The notes under the pieces are model-generated. The model was not told the DNA's origin, ran no database searches, and was given only the letters and a program-made list of their open reading frames with translations. Source: Bacteroidales bacterium (GTDB lineage Bacteria > Bacteroidota > Bacteroidia > Bacteroidales > G3-4614). From it: 64,000 bases of DNA. A program made the position numbers and the translations under genes. The stretch lies in contig JAVVOY010000006.1 of the NCBI GenBank assembly GCA_036656055.1, forward strand, positions 890 through 64,889, read 5' to 3'. This document shows positions 54,916 through 63,547 of this stretch, one piece after another; within the stretch, counting starts at the first letter, position 1; each line of letters begins with the position of its first letter.

Positions 54916-55824
54916 ATGGGAAATATAATAAATTCTGTTCTTTGGACAGTAAATCCTACCGCAATCTCTATGTTTGGAATTGAGATAAGATGGTACGGAT
55001 TGTTGTTTGCAATAGGTTTTCTTGTAGGATATTATATCGAAGCCAGAATATTTAAAAATGACAAAGCTCCCGATGATTGGTGCGATAAACTCTTTATATA
55101 CACGATAGTCGCAACAATAATTGGTGCACGTTTAGGTCATTGTATATTTTATGGTTGGGACTATTATTCAGCACATCCGCTTGATATTCTAAAAATATGG
55201 GAAGGAGGTCTTGCCAGCCATGGAGGTACGATAGGGATAATAATCGCTGTTATGATTTATGCCAAACGAGTGACTCACCGCAGTCCGATTTGGGTCTTTG
55301 ACCGTATTGTCATCCCAACAGCATTAGTCGCAGCAATGATACGTACCGGCAATCTTATGAATCATGAAATTTATGGAACGCCTACCTTTATGCCGTGGGG
55401 ATTTAACTTTATAGATAATATATCAGCATGGCAATATGGCATGCAGCCTGAATATACTATGGCATCCCACCCTACACAAATTTATGAGGCGGCATCATAC
55501 CTTATACTGTTTGTAGTTCTTATGTATATGTATTGGAAACGATATGCCGGAGATAGGCGAGGGCTACTTTTCGGTACGTTCATGACATGGGTATTTGGTT
55601 CGCGATTTCTGATAGAGTTTATAAAGTTGCCACAGGAGGCGTTTGAAATAGATATGATGGAGGCTATATTAATTAATATGGGACAACTCCTTAGCATCCC
55701 GTTTATAATTTTGGGAATATATTTTATAATCAAAGCCAAGAAGTCGAGGAAAGAGAGTGGCATCATAACACATCGTCACTCACACATACATCATCATTAT
55801 AAGCATAAGAGCGGAGATATATAG
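54916..55824 (+). CDS. lgt: Prolipoprotein diacylglyceryl transferase with a His-rich C-terminal tail
   Basis: 302 aa. IRWYGLLFAIGF, GARLGH, WEGGLASHGGTIG and HPTQIYEA are canonical Lgt motifs. The C-terminus is HRHSHIHHHYKHKSGDI. Confidence 0.92.
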   Translation: MGNIINSVLWTVNPTAISMFGIEIRWYGLLFAIGFLVGYYIEARIFKNDKAPDDWCDKLFIYTIVATIIGARLGHCIFYGWDYYSAHPLDILKIWEGGLASHGGTIGIIIAVMIYAKRVTHRSPIWVFDRIVIPTALVAAMIRTGNLMNHEIYGTPTFMPWGFNFIDNISAWQYGMQPEYTMASHPTQIYEAASYLILFVVLMYMYWKRYAGDRRGLLFGTFMTWVFGSRFLIEFIKLPQEAFEIDMMEAILINMGQLLSIPFIILGIYFIIKAKKSRKESGIITHRHSHIHHHYKHKSGDI

Positions 55825-55840
55825 ATCCGTTTTTACAGAT

Positions 55841-55897
55841 AAAAAACAAATGATACGGAGAAACAATTTAAATAATTTGTTTCTCCGTATCATTTGT
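55841..55897 (-). terminator. Rho-independent terminator of the SDR gene (may also stop lgt transcription)
   Basis: acaaatgatacggagaaacaa (55846-55866) pairs perfectly over 21 bp with ttgtttctccgtatcatttgt (55877-55897). The T-run is on the minus strand (plus-strand A-run 55841-55845). Confidence 0.8.
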
Positions 55898-55922
55898 ATA
55901 TATGGTTTGAACTCTCTCCGGT

Positions 55923-56657
55923 TTATTGTTTTTTGCTCTTTATAGAAAGTCTTTCCCACAGCCATTCCGGAATTATTCTCCATCCATACACCATCAATCG
56001 GTATCTCCAGTCTATTATGATGTTGCGTTTTTTGTCTATTATTGCTTTAAATATTTTGCCCGCGACAAAATCAGGTTTCATAAGCATTGGATACGAGCCT
56101 TGTTTTAGCAATGGCGTATCCACAAACCCGGGGCGTATATCTGTGAAATATATATTTGCTTTTTCCATCCGTGATAATTGTGAAAGTGCATCAATATATG
56201 TGTTCTGAAACCTTTTTGTAGCAGAATATGCCGGAGCTGTACCTATCCCTTTAACACCGGCAATAGAACTTATTATTGCAATTTGCCCCCCACCGTGCGA
56301 TCCCAGATAACTATAAGCAACCGTTATCATGCGTGTGAACCCTACACAGTTTGTTTTTGCAGTGTTGATCTCCTTCACGTAGTCAAGTTTAGGGTTATTA
56401 TATCCTATTCCGGCAGCGTGAAGATATATGTCCATTCCACCAAGCTCTTCAATAAAGGCTTTTAGCATATCTCCTGAATCATCACTGTTAATATCTATCG
56501 CTTTGGCTAAGCAGCTCTGAGGATACATCTTTACTAATGGTTCAAGCAACTCCGCACGCCTTCCTGCAATCCCTACTGTGTATCCTTTTTTTAAAAACAG
56601 CAAGGCGGTTTCAAAACCTATACCCGATGTGCCCCCTACAATTACAATATTTTTCAT
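55923..56657 (-). CDS. Short-chain dehydrogenase/reductase (SDR) family oxidoreductase
   Basis: 244 aa. VIVGGTSGIGFETA (TGxxxGxG), a NAAG-like HAAGIG, and catalytic S...YSATK. Confidence 0.88.
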   Translation of the reverse strand: MKNIVIVGGTSGIGFETALLFLKKGYTVGIAGRRAELLEPLVKMYPQSCLAKAIDINSDDSGDMLKAFIEELGGMDIYLHAAGIGYNNPKLDYVKEINTAKTNCVGFTRMITVAYSYLGSHGGGQIAIISSIAGVKGIGTAPAYSATKRFQNTYIDALSQLSRMEKANIYFTDIRPGFVDTPLLKQGSYPMLMKPDFVAGKIFKAIIDKKRNIIIDWRYRLMVYGWRIIPEWLWERLSIKSKKQ

Positions 56658-56700
56658 TTTAGATAAGTATTATTTGTTATCTTCATCTTCCCTAAAAGCA

Positions 56701-56727
56701 TTTACTATCTTTCGCAAAGATAGTAAA
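56701..56727. repeat. Perfect inverted repeat (12-bp arms, 3-nt spacer) overlapping the SDR promoter -7 box
   Basis: tttactatcttt cgc aaagatagtaaa. The right arm contains caaagata (56715-56722), which is TATCTTTG on the minus strand, 57 nt upstream of the SDR ATG at 56657. Confidence 0.6.
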
Positions 56728-56751
56728 ATAGGTCATGTTAGGTGTTAAAAC

Positions 56752-56787
56752 AAATACGGATCAGGCATAATTGCCTGATCCGTATTT
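56752..56787 (-). terminator. Terminator hairpin downstream of the GH85-like gene
   Basis: aaatacggatcaggc (56752-56766) pairs perfectly over 15 bp with gcctgatccgtattt (56773-56787). It starts 20 nt after the stop codon, and the minus strand is T-rich afterwards. Confidence 0.7.
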
Positions 56788-56807
56788 ATTTTAAATAGTA
56801 TTGCTTG

Positions 56808-59800
56808 TTATTTCTTTACTATTTTAACTGTTCTTACAGCTGTTCCGTTAGAGTTAAGTATTTGTAATACGTATGTTCCCTTGTCTCCGTTTACATCCAC
56901 GCGTACACCCTCGCCATCTGAAACGTTAAGCTCTTTCGTCTCTATCAACTTACCGTCTAATGCTACTATCTGTGCTGTGTATTTCCCGCCTTTAGTAAAC
57001 ATTATATTTACAAAGTCTGTGAACGGGTTAGGATATATACCCATAACTTCTATTACACTCTCTTCTACACCATCAGGAAATGTTACAACTACATAGTCGA
57101 TAAGAGTTTTGCTATCGTTGCCCCACATATTGCCGAGAGTAAGCCCAGCTGTATATGTGCCTTCTGCTGCATAAGATGTTACTGCACTATTTCCACTTTC
57201 AGTAATGCCTGTTGCATCAGGTAATGACCATTTCGGCGTTGTCTTTACTTCGTAACTTCCGCTAATAGCCGGATTACCTAACTCATCGTTTGAGGCGTTT
57301 ACTACGGTCTCAATCGCACTTCCAGTGTCTTCACCTTTTACCCCTTGAGTACTTATGTTTTTAGCATAGAATGATTCACCCTTAGTACCTTTATTCGGGA
57401 ATACTTTCATGCCATCTCCATCGGTAACGATATCTTCAAATGTCCAATATCCTACAAGTCCGGTAGGTGCAGCATCGTATCCTTTCATTGCTGTCTGTAT
57501 TTCTGCTTCTGATAAAACTCTGTTCCATGCTTGGAATTCATCTATCCAACCGTTGAATCCGCTCTTATAAGTACTTGTCCCGCCTACATATATAGGACTT
57601 CCGGCATTACGTACTCCGTTATTGGTTATGTGCTGTATTTTTGTTGATGCTACCAATTTACCATTGAAGTACATTTTTTGGCTGTTATCAGTATCAAATG
57701 TTACGGCAACGTGTGTCCATTGGTTGGTATTTACGCTATATCCGGTGGACATCATTTGATCACATGGAGAGTCATGTTCTGTCCAACCATAAGTGTTAAA
57801 TGATATTTCATTAGCTTTATGTTCTGAACCTCCCATTGTTCCACCTGGTCCTGATTCCCTTAATGATCCACATTCAGGACGAATAGTAACCCAAAGATCA
57901 CCCCAATTATTATGTGGCCACATGTCACCAAAACTGCGTTTGTCCATAAGGTTTGTCCCTTGGCTGCTGTGTGTGAATTTTTCTATTTTAAACCACATCA
58001 TATATGTGTATGGGCGCGAAGGTATTACCTCGGGGAACCTTAACAGATTAGGGTCTGATATTCTTGTGCTCCTTGATACTTTACCCTCTCCCAGTCTTGT
58101 TACGCCATAAGTCAACGTAATTGCATCATTAGTGTATGCACTACTTTTGTCTGCTTTAAGATCTTTAAGTATTGGTATTGATCCTACTTTTTCAGGTGAT
58201 ATTTGTATAATACCGCGTGTAAATGCTTCTGTTCCGTCAGAACTGATGACTCTTGTGTCGTAAGATCCATCGACAGAAAGAGATGTCGTAAGTTGACTTG
58301 CGCTATTTGCTGTATAAACAACGGTACCTGTTGCAGAGTTAATAATCTCCCACTTTGCAGCCGGATGGTTTGGATCAATGAATGAGATAGTAAACTCTTC
58401 ATTTGCCTTTATTATAGGCTTATTTATCTTTGTTCCTTCCACTACTGTTGGTGCAGGTAATGTTAGCCACTCTCCCCACGTTGTAACCGATTCACTTCTG
58501 CCGTCAAGACTCATAGCAGCAACTCCGATACGTATTTTGCCACCTTTAGTCACATCGTAAGGCGCACCTACTACGTAAGCTGCCCATGATGTTGTTGCAT
58601 TAAACATAACCGGTTCCAGCCCTTCTTGTTGAGTGTATATTTTGTAGAACCATGTCTTAACGTCTGTGTTATAAACAGGTGCTATTTTATCAGAAACCAT
58701 ATCATATATGATTTTCATATCAACCCCTTTGTAATTGCAGCCCAATACTTTTGATTTTTTTACAATGGGAGTTTCCGGAGTAGAGTATTCTTTTCCTCGT
58801 GTTACTGATATCTCACCTAAAAGTATTTTGAAATCAGCCGTTGTATTTGTGAATTTCAGACCTATCAATGCCAGAACTTCGCCCTGAACCTTAAGTCCAT
58901 TACGGCTGTTTGCGATCTGTGTCCGTAACTCAACCCATCCATTTTCAGGTTTTGCATTGTTTTTTATTGTAGACAGAACCTCTTTCCCAGGGTCTTTCTC
59001 AACCGAACATGCCCATGCAAGCGAACCTACCCCGGATACAACCTTATATCTGATAGTTATATAGTCTCCGCTAATATTTGTATTGTATTTTGTCTTGAAC
59101 AATTGAGTGTAAGTACTCTTTGTTTCACCTGATATCTGAAGGCATGATCCACCGAACCATGCATCGTCCCATATGAACTCAGCTTTGAGATCAGAACTAA
59201 CATTGGCCTCATTTCTGCCCATATATGTTTTTGTGAACCACCAACGCCATGTTGGAGTGTAATCTTGCATACCTATGTTGTACCACTCCACATCGGCTGT
59301 TCTTTCTCCGTTTACATTAAAGAAGTTGCCATTTCCGAGGTTAAAGTATGTAATGAAAGGGTCACTCCCAAGGTCACCTGTCAGTGAACTTTTAGCTACA
59401 ATGTACTGTGCCCATCCGTATGCGTCTGATGCAGTGGAATTAAACCTTGTACTCATGTTTATAGCCGGTGGATTAACAGGGTTTTTTGATGATCCTGTAA
59501 ATACATTCTCAAGAATCATCTGGTATGTTTTCTGCTGCTGTATTGGATCAGAACCGCGCTCTCCACGTGTTTCATATATTGAGTTGCGGTTGTGTGCTCC
59601 CCACATGCCAAGCGAAATGTCATAGTTGTTAAGGCTTAGCCAGTTGGGGAGATTTTCTCCTGACTGGTAGTTTACACCCATAAAGACATCAAATGAAGAG
59701 CGAGAGGGGAAGTTGTTTCTTACCGTGTTTTGCGATTGGGAAAGACTTCCACGGTAGTTCATGAAATACGCCGTAGAGGTTGGCTTTCCGTTATAATGAA

Positions 59801-60617
59801 ACCAATCTTTGTTCTCATTACCAAGACTTGCACCGCCTCCATATCCGCCATCACTGTTTGTAAGTGAGTACCAACAGTTATGAAATGGCACGCCGTATTT
59901 TGCTGCATCGGTGTAGCAGTCTCCAAGAAATTCTTGCATTCCTCTTCCAAAACTACGTCCGCCGTATTTTCCACCTTTAAGACTCCCTGCCCATGTAAAT
60001 TCAGAGTTGAATCCTATTCCGTCAGCACCGTAATACTGAAGATATTTAAGAAATTTCTCATGACCGGCAGGATCCTGCAATACTGTTCCGAGAAGTCTTC
60101 CGTAACCGTCGGATGTTGGAGTGATTGTTGCTGCCCATGCTATTGGTGCACAGCAAGATATCTGTACTCCGTTCTTGTGGCATACGTCAAGTAATGCCGC
60201 TGGAATGGTTACTAACGGAGCTGTCCAGTCACCCCAAATGTCAGTATAACTCCACATACCCCAAACTTCGCCTCCGAAGAAATATGAAGGTAGTGCATTC
60301 CAACCGTCTCCTCCAATAGGACACCACCACAGCAACTTCCTTCCCGAATTTTGTTCCGGGCGTACCTGTGTTTGGGAAAATGTAAATCGCTCGCGTGGTT
60401 TTACACGCGAGATGAAAAAGTTTTCATTCTCGGCAGCTGCTTCGTCTAGCCCTTCGTAAAAAGGTTTGCCACTACCGGGAACCCATTTTTTGTAGGCATC
60501 GTCCCATGAAACTTTAGCTCCCATCGGAACATACATTTCGTGCTGTGGAGTTGCCTGTGAGAAAGCAAGCATTGGCAGTATAGCCAAGCTAATCAATAGA
60601 GATAATTTTTTCTTCAT
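56808..60617 (-). CDS. Secreted multidomain glycosidase: GH85-like endo-beta-N-acetylglucosaminidase, LamG-like domain, PKD-like domain and T9SS C-terminal sorting domain
   Basis: 1269 aa with a signal peptide. The N-terminal region MWSYTDIWGDW...VTIPAALLDVCHKNGVQ...YGADGIGFNSEF resembles the GH85 core, including an N-x-E catalytic motif. A LamG_3-like block (QWTHVAVTFD...MYFNGKLVAS...GWIDEFQAWNRVLSEAEI), a PKD-like YAAEGTYTAGLTLGNMWG segment, and a terminal IYPNPFTDFVNIMF...GTYVLQILN...VKIVKK (classic Por_Secre_tail). Confidence 0.65.
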   Translation of the reverse strand: MKKKLSLLISLAILPMLAFSQATPQHEMYVPMGAKVSWDDAYKKWVPGSGKPFYEGLDEAAAENENFFISRVKPRERFTFSQTQVRPEQNSGRKLLWWCPIGGDGWNALPSYFFGGEVWGMWSYTDIWGDWTAPLVTIPAALLDVCHKNGVQISCCAPIAWAATITPTSDGYGRLLGTVLQDPAGHEKFLKYLQYYGADGIGFNSEFTWAGSLKGGKYGGRSFGRGMQEFLGDCYTDAAKYGVPFHNCWYSLTNSDGGYGGGASLGNENKDWFHYNGKPTSTAYFMNYRGSLSQSQNTVRNNFPSRSSFDVFMGVNYQSGENLPNWLSLNNYDISLGMWGAHNRNSIYETRGERGSDPIQQQKTYQMILENVFTGSSKNPVNPPAINMSTRFNSTASDAYGWAQYIVAKSSLTGDLGSDPFITYFNLGNGNFFNVNGERTADVEWYNIGMQDYTPTWRWWFTKTYMGRNEANVSSDLKAEFIWDDAWFGGSCLQISGETKSTYTQLFKTKYNTNISGDYITIRYKVVSGVGSLAWACSVEKDPGKEVLSTIKNNAKPENGWVELRTQIANSRNGLKVQGEVLALIGLKFTNTTADFKILLGEISVTRGKEYSTPETPIVKKSKVLGCNYKGVDMKIIYDMVSDKIAPVYNTDVKTWFYKIYTQQEGLEPVMFNATTSWAAYVVGAPYDVTKGGKIRIGVAAMSLDGRSESVTTWGEWLTLPAPTVVEGTKINKPIIKANEEFTISFIDPNHPAAKWEIINSATGTVVYTANSASQLTTSLSVDGSYDTRVISSDGTEAFTRGIIQISPEKVGSIPILKDLKADKSSAYTNDAITLTYGVTRLGEGKVSRSTRISDPNLLRFPEVIPSRPYTYMMWFKIEKFTHSSQGTNLMDKRSFGDMWPHNNWGDLWVTIRPECGSLRESGPGGTMGGSEHKANEISFNTYGWTEHDSPCDQMMSTGYSVNTNQWTHVAVTFDTDNSQKMYFNGKLVASTKIQHITNNGVRNAGSPIYVGGTSTYKSGFNGWIDEFQAWNRVLSEAEIQTAMKGYDAAPTGLVGYWTFEDIVTDGDGMKVFPNKGTKGESFYAKNISTQGVKGEDTGSAIETVVNASNDELGNPAISGSYEVKTTPKWSLPDATGITESGNSAVTSYAAEGTYTAGLTLGNMWGNDSKTLIDYVVVTFPDGVEESVIEVMGIYPNPFTDFVNIMFTKGGKYTAQIVALDGKLIETKELNVSDGEGVRVDVNGDKGTYVLQILNSNGTAVRTVKIVKK

Positions 60618-60695
60618 AGGTCAAAAATATTATTTTTTTAAAAAATAAGTAATATATCCAAATTGTAATAATACTGTTTTATATTGATCGTCAAA

Positions 60696-60720
60696 TATAA
60701 CTTATTTCAAATAAGTTATA
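60696..60720. repeat. Inverted repeat (11-bp arms, 3-nt spacer) in the leader/promoter region of the GH85-like gene
   Basis: tataacttatt tca aataagttata. It lies between the candidate -7 box (60753-60760) and the ATG at 60617. Confidence 0.55.
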
Positions 60721-60752
60721 AAGATGAACCTTAATTCATAAATATAATTTTA

Positions 60753-60760
60753 CAAATATA
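60753..60760 (-). promoter_or_regulatory. -7 box TATATTTG (minus strand) for the GH85-like gene
   Basis: Plus-strand caaatata is TATATTTG on the minus strand, about 135 nt upstream of the ATG. Confidence 0.35.
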
Positions 60761-60793
60761 TAAATTTAAATTTGAATGGAAGTACAAAAATAC

Positions 60794-60830
60794 AAAAAAA
60801 AAGAGGGACTTTTTTTCTCTCTTTTTTTTT
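60794..60830. terminator. A-run / hairpin / T-run bidirectional terminator downstream of tRNA-Gln
   Basis: aaaaaaaaagaggga cttttt tctctcttttttttt. The agaggga/tctctct stem has one G-U pair and is extended by A:T pairs. Confidence 0.5.
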
Positions 60831-60877
60831 AAAATACGTACTTATGCCTTAATCGCACCTTGCAGTGCTGCTTTTTG

Positions 60878-60948
60878 TTGTCCAGGAAGGACTCGAACCC
60901 TCACAGGCAGAACCAGAATCTGAAGTGCTACCATTACACCACTGGACA
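60878..60948 (-). tRNA. tRNA-Gln (anticodon CTG)
   Basis: The reverse complement tgtccagtggtgtaatggtagcacttcagattCTGgttctgcctgtgagggttcgagtccttcctggacaa folds as a 71-nt cloverleaf. Confidence 0.85.
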
Positions 60949-60972
60949 AAATAATTTATTCCTTTCGGGGCG

Positions 60973-60980
60973 CAAATATA
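60973..60980 (-). promoter_or_regulatory. -7 box TATATTTG (minus strand) upstream of tRNA-Gln
   Basis: Plus-strand caaatata is TATATTTG on the minus strand, 24 nt upstream of the tRNA 5' end. Confidence 0.5.
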
Positions 60981-61094
60981 TAACAAAATCTTAAAATCAA
61001 GAAATATTATCTGATTTTTTGTGCTATATTATCTGATTAAGCATAAAAACAGCTCTAAAATTTATCAAAGCAGGTTATATAATATTTTTAAACA

Positions 61095-61817
61095 TTACGA
61101 TTGCTCTAAATCCGAAGCTATGGTTTCGTAACTTTTATTTATTAATGATTCTAAATTATGACCATTTTGTTGATCAGGTATTATTGGTGGGTGTATTTTG
61201 AGTGTCATTTTTCCCGGGTTTATCATAAATGACGATTTGGGAAGAATTTTGTAAGAACCGTTAATGGTAAGCGGTACTACCGGAATATTAATATCTACGG
61301 CTAATTGAAATGCCCCTCTTTTGAATTTGTGTAGTTTCCCATCGTTTGAGCGTGTCCCTTCGGGAAATATTACTAAAGACGTACCATCTTCTAATTTCTC
61401 TTTTGCAGATTTTATCGTTTGTTGTATTGCTTTGTGGTTTGCGCGTTCTAAAAATATATGCCCGGCAGAAGCGCATGCTTTACCCACTAACGGCATATTT
61501 CTGACACCTTGTTTTATTATCCATTTGAAATTATGGTTAAGATAGCCATATATCAGAAATGTATCGTAAGCGCCTTGATGATTTGATATAAATATATAAG
61601 ACTGATCTTTATTTATATTTTCCATGCCGGTAATCTCTACCCTAACCAACGAGAAAAAGCAGAATAGTCGCGACCATATCTTAGCCGGATAGTAGCCCCA
61701 TACATTATTGTTGCCTAAAGCACATCCTATTATTGTTGTTAATGCAGTAAGCGATGTGAGTACTGCCAGTATTGGTATGGCAATAAAAAATTCATATAAA
61801 AAGAGTATTGGTTTCAT
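61095..61817 (-). CDS. plsC: 1-acyl-sn-glycerol-3-phosphate acyltransferase
   Basis: The track ORF extends to 61916; the internal ATG at 61817 (MKPILFLYEFF...) gives 241 aa starting with a TM helix. The NHQGAYD (HX4D) and FPEGTRS motifs are present. Confidence 0.88.
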   Translation of the reverse strand: MKPILFLYEFFIAIPILAVLTSLTALTTIIGCALGNNNVWGYYPAKIWSRLFCFFSLVRVEITGMENINKDQSYIFISNHQGAYDTFLIYGYLNHNFKWIIKQGVRNMPLVGKACASAGHIFLERANHKAIQQTIKSAKEKLEDGTSLVIFPEGTRSNDGKLHKFKRGAFQLAVDINIPVVPLTINGSYKILPKSSFMINPGKMTLKIHPPIIPDQQNGHNLESLINKSYETIASDLEQS

Positions 61818-62089
61818 ACGTTTTTTTTTAACTAATGCACAGCAAAGGTATAATAAATTTTTCAGAGCAGGTTTGAATCCTCTAATAGAAAATGCCATAT
61901 CATAAAATATTATCAACCTATTTCATGACAGAAAAAAAGAAGAGATAAAAATACATATAAAATAGTTGTTGTAAAAATTCAACCTTGTACCTTATATGTA
62001 ATATTCACTTCTTTTTAATCCTTGGGTTTGTTTTTTGCACAAAGTTCTCTTACCTTCGTGCACTTTAATGATTGTTTACAGAAAAACAA

Positions 62090-62920
62090 ATGGTAGTATT
62101 TCCTAATGCTAAAATAAATTTGGGGCTTAATGTAGTGAGTCGCCGTGAGGATGGTTATCATAATATAGAGAGTGTGTTATTTCCTGTCCCATTTTATGAT
62201 GTGCTTGAGGTTACTGACGCTGTACATAAGTCGGATAAAAATATAAATCTGCACCTTTACGGGATGCCCTATGATGGGAAACTTAATCTTGTTGAAAAGG
62301 CATATTTCAGGTTGGCTTCAGAATTTGACCTTCCGTCGGTGGATGTGTATTTGAAAAAAAACATTCCATTTGCTGCCGGTCTCGGCGGAGGATCGTCCGA
62401 TGCGGCATTTATGCTCAGATTACTTGTCGAAAAATATTCCCTTCCGGTTACGCCGTCAGAACTTCATCGTTTTGCCGCTGATATAGGTGCCGATTGCCCG
62501 TTTTTTCTCTACGACAAACCGCTTTACGTTAGCGGTACAGGTACTGTTTTGTCTGATGTTTCTGTAAATTTGAGAGGAATGAGTATTGTTATTGTAAAAC
62601 CGTCAGTAGCCATATCCACCGCAGAGGCATATTCAGGTGTGATACCATCTGATTCGGATTATAATATAAAGGATATACTACGTAGGCCACCCTCTTTGTG
62701 GCGAGAAATGTTGAAAAATGATTTTGAGAATTCACTTTTCCAAAAGCATCCATTATTAAGCCATATTAAAGAGGAGTTGTATAAATTAGGAGCAGTATAC
62801 GCATCAATGTCGGGCTCAGGTTCGTCTATATTTGGAATATATGAAGAAGACAGCGGAGTTAAATCGGCTTTTCGTGAAAAAGAAGGCATTGATTCGATAT
62901 CAATATTTCGCATTTTTTAG
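62090..62920 (+). CDS. ispE: 4-(cytidine 5'-diphospho)-2-C-methyl-D-erythritol kinase
   Basis: The track ORF starts at TTG 62072; ATG 62090 gives MVVFPNAKINLGLNVVSRREDGYH... The GHMP kinase motif PFAAGLGGGSSDAA is present. Confidence 0.9.
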   Translation: MVVFPNAKINLGLNVVSRREDGYHNIESVLFPVPFYDVLEVTDAVHKSDKNINLHLYGMPYDGKLNLVEKAYFRLASEFDLPSVDVYLKKNIPFAAGLGGGSSDAAFMLRLLVEKYSLPVTPSELHRFAADIGADCPFFLYDKPLYVSGTGTVLSDVSVNLRGMSIVIVKPSVAISTAEAYSGVIPSDSDYNIKDILRRPPSLWREMLKNDFENSLFQKHPLLSHIKEELYKLGAVYASMSGSGSSIFGIYEEDSGVKSAFREKEGIDSISIFRIF

Positions 62921-63005
62921 GAACGTATTAACGTATAATTATGATAATATGAAAAAATACGTTTAAAAATATATGACATATAATTTGTATTTAATATTTT
63001 TTTAT

Positions 63006-63013
63006 TACCTTTG
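63006..63013 (+). promoter_or_regulatory. -7 box TACCTTTG for the small secreted-protein gene
   Basis: tacctttg matches TAnnTTTG, about 95 nt upstream of the ATG at 63109. Confidence 0.4.
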
Positions 63014-63108
63014 TCGCAAAGTATGAGCCTTCCTAAAATGGTGGGTGGCTTTTGCATCAATGTATTAATGTGTGATAAATCTACTAATTGTCTTTTATTA
63101 TTAGTAAT

Positions 63109-63426
63109 ATGATTAAGAATATTTTTGTAATAATTATGGTCTTAGCTTTTTTTGCGGATGCAAAAGCGCAGGGCTGGCCAGAGGCATCAGGTTCACGTCC
63201 TACTTTTTCAGGCTTCGATGAATCTTCAACATCTACTGTAAGTGATCCTTCAGGAGATCCTGTGGGAGCCGAGTCTTATGGTAAAGCAGTTGGGGACGGA
63301 GACTTTCCTGAAACCCCATCCAATCCTAATCCTACCGTTCCTATTGTAGAGAGTATTATAGGTCTGCTCGGTTTGGGAGGTGCGTATGCTTGGAGGCTTG
63401 TGACAAAAAAGCGCAAAGAAAAATAA
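63109..63426 (+). CDS. Small secreted acidic Ser/Pro/Gly-rich protein with a C-terminal TM anchor and polybasic tail (PEP-CTERM-like)
   Basis: The track ORF starts at TTG 63088; ATG 63109 gives the signal peptide MIKNIFVIIMVLAFFADAKAQ. A roughly 60-aa low-complexity acidic region follows. The protein ends ...PTVPIVESIIGLLGLGGAYAWRLVTKKRKEK. Confidence 0.6.
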   Translation: MIKNIFVIIMVLAFFADAKAQGWPEASGSRPTFSGFDESSTSTVSDPSGDPVGAESYGKAVGDGDFPETPSNPNPTVPIVESIIGLLGLGGAYAWRLVTKKRKEK

Positions 63427-63444
63427 TATCTTTATATATTAATG

Positions 63445-63478
63445 AAAGAGACGAGGATTTTCCTCGTCTCTTTTTTTT
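63445..63478 (+). terminator. Rho-independent terminator
   Basis: gagacgagga (63448-63457) pairs perfectly over 10 bp with tcctcgtctc (63461-63470). An A-run lies upstream and T8 downstream. Confidence 0.85.
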
Positions 63479-63539
63479 GTTATTCGTCTGTTTTTCTGAA
63501 AAAGTAAAGAAAATGTTAGTTTTGCATTATTAAAATAAG

Positions 63540-63547
63540 TATCTTTG
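63540..63547 (+). promoter_or_regulatory. -7 box TATCTTTG for etfB, implying a ~220-nt leader
   Basis: tatctttg matches TAnnTTTG. A TTTG occurs at 63521-63524 with shorter-than-ideal spacing. Confidence 0.4.
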
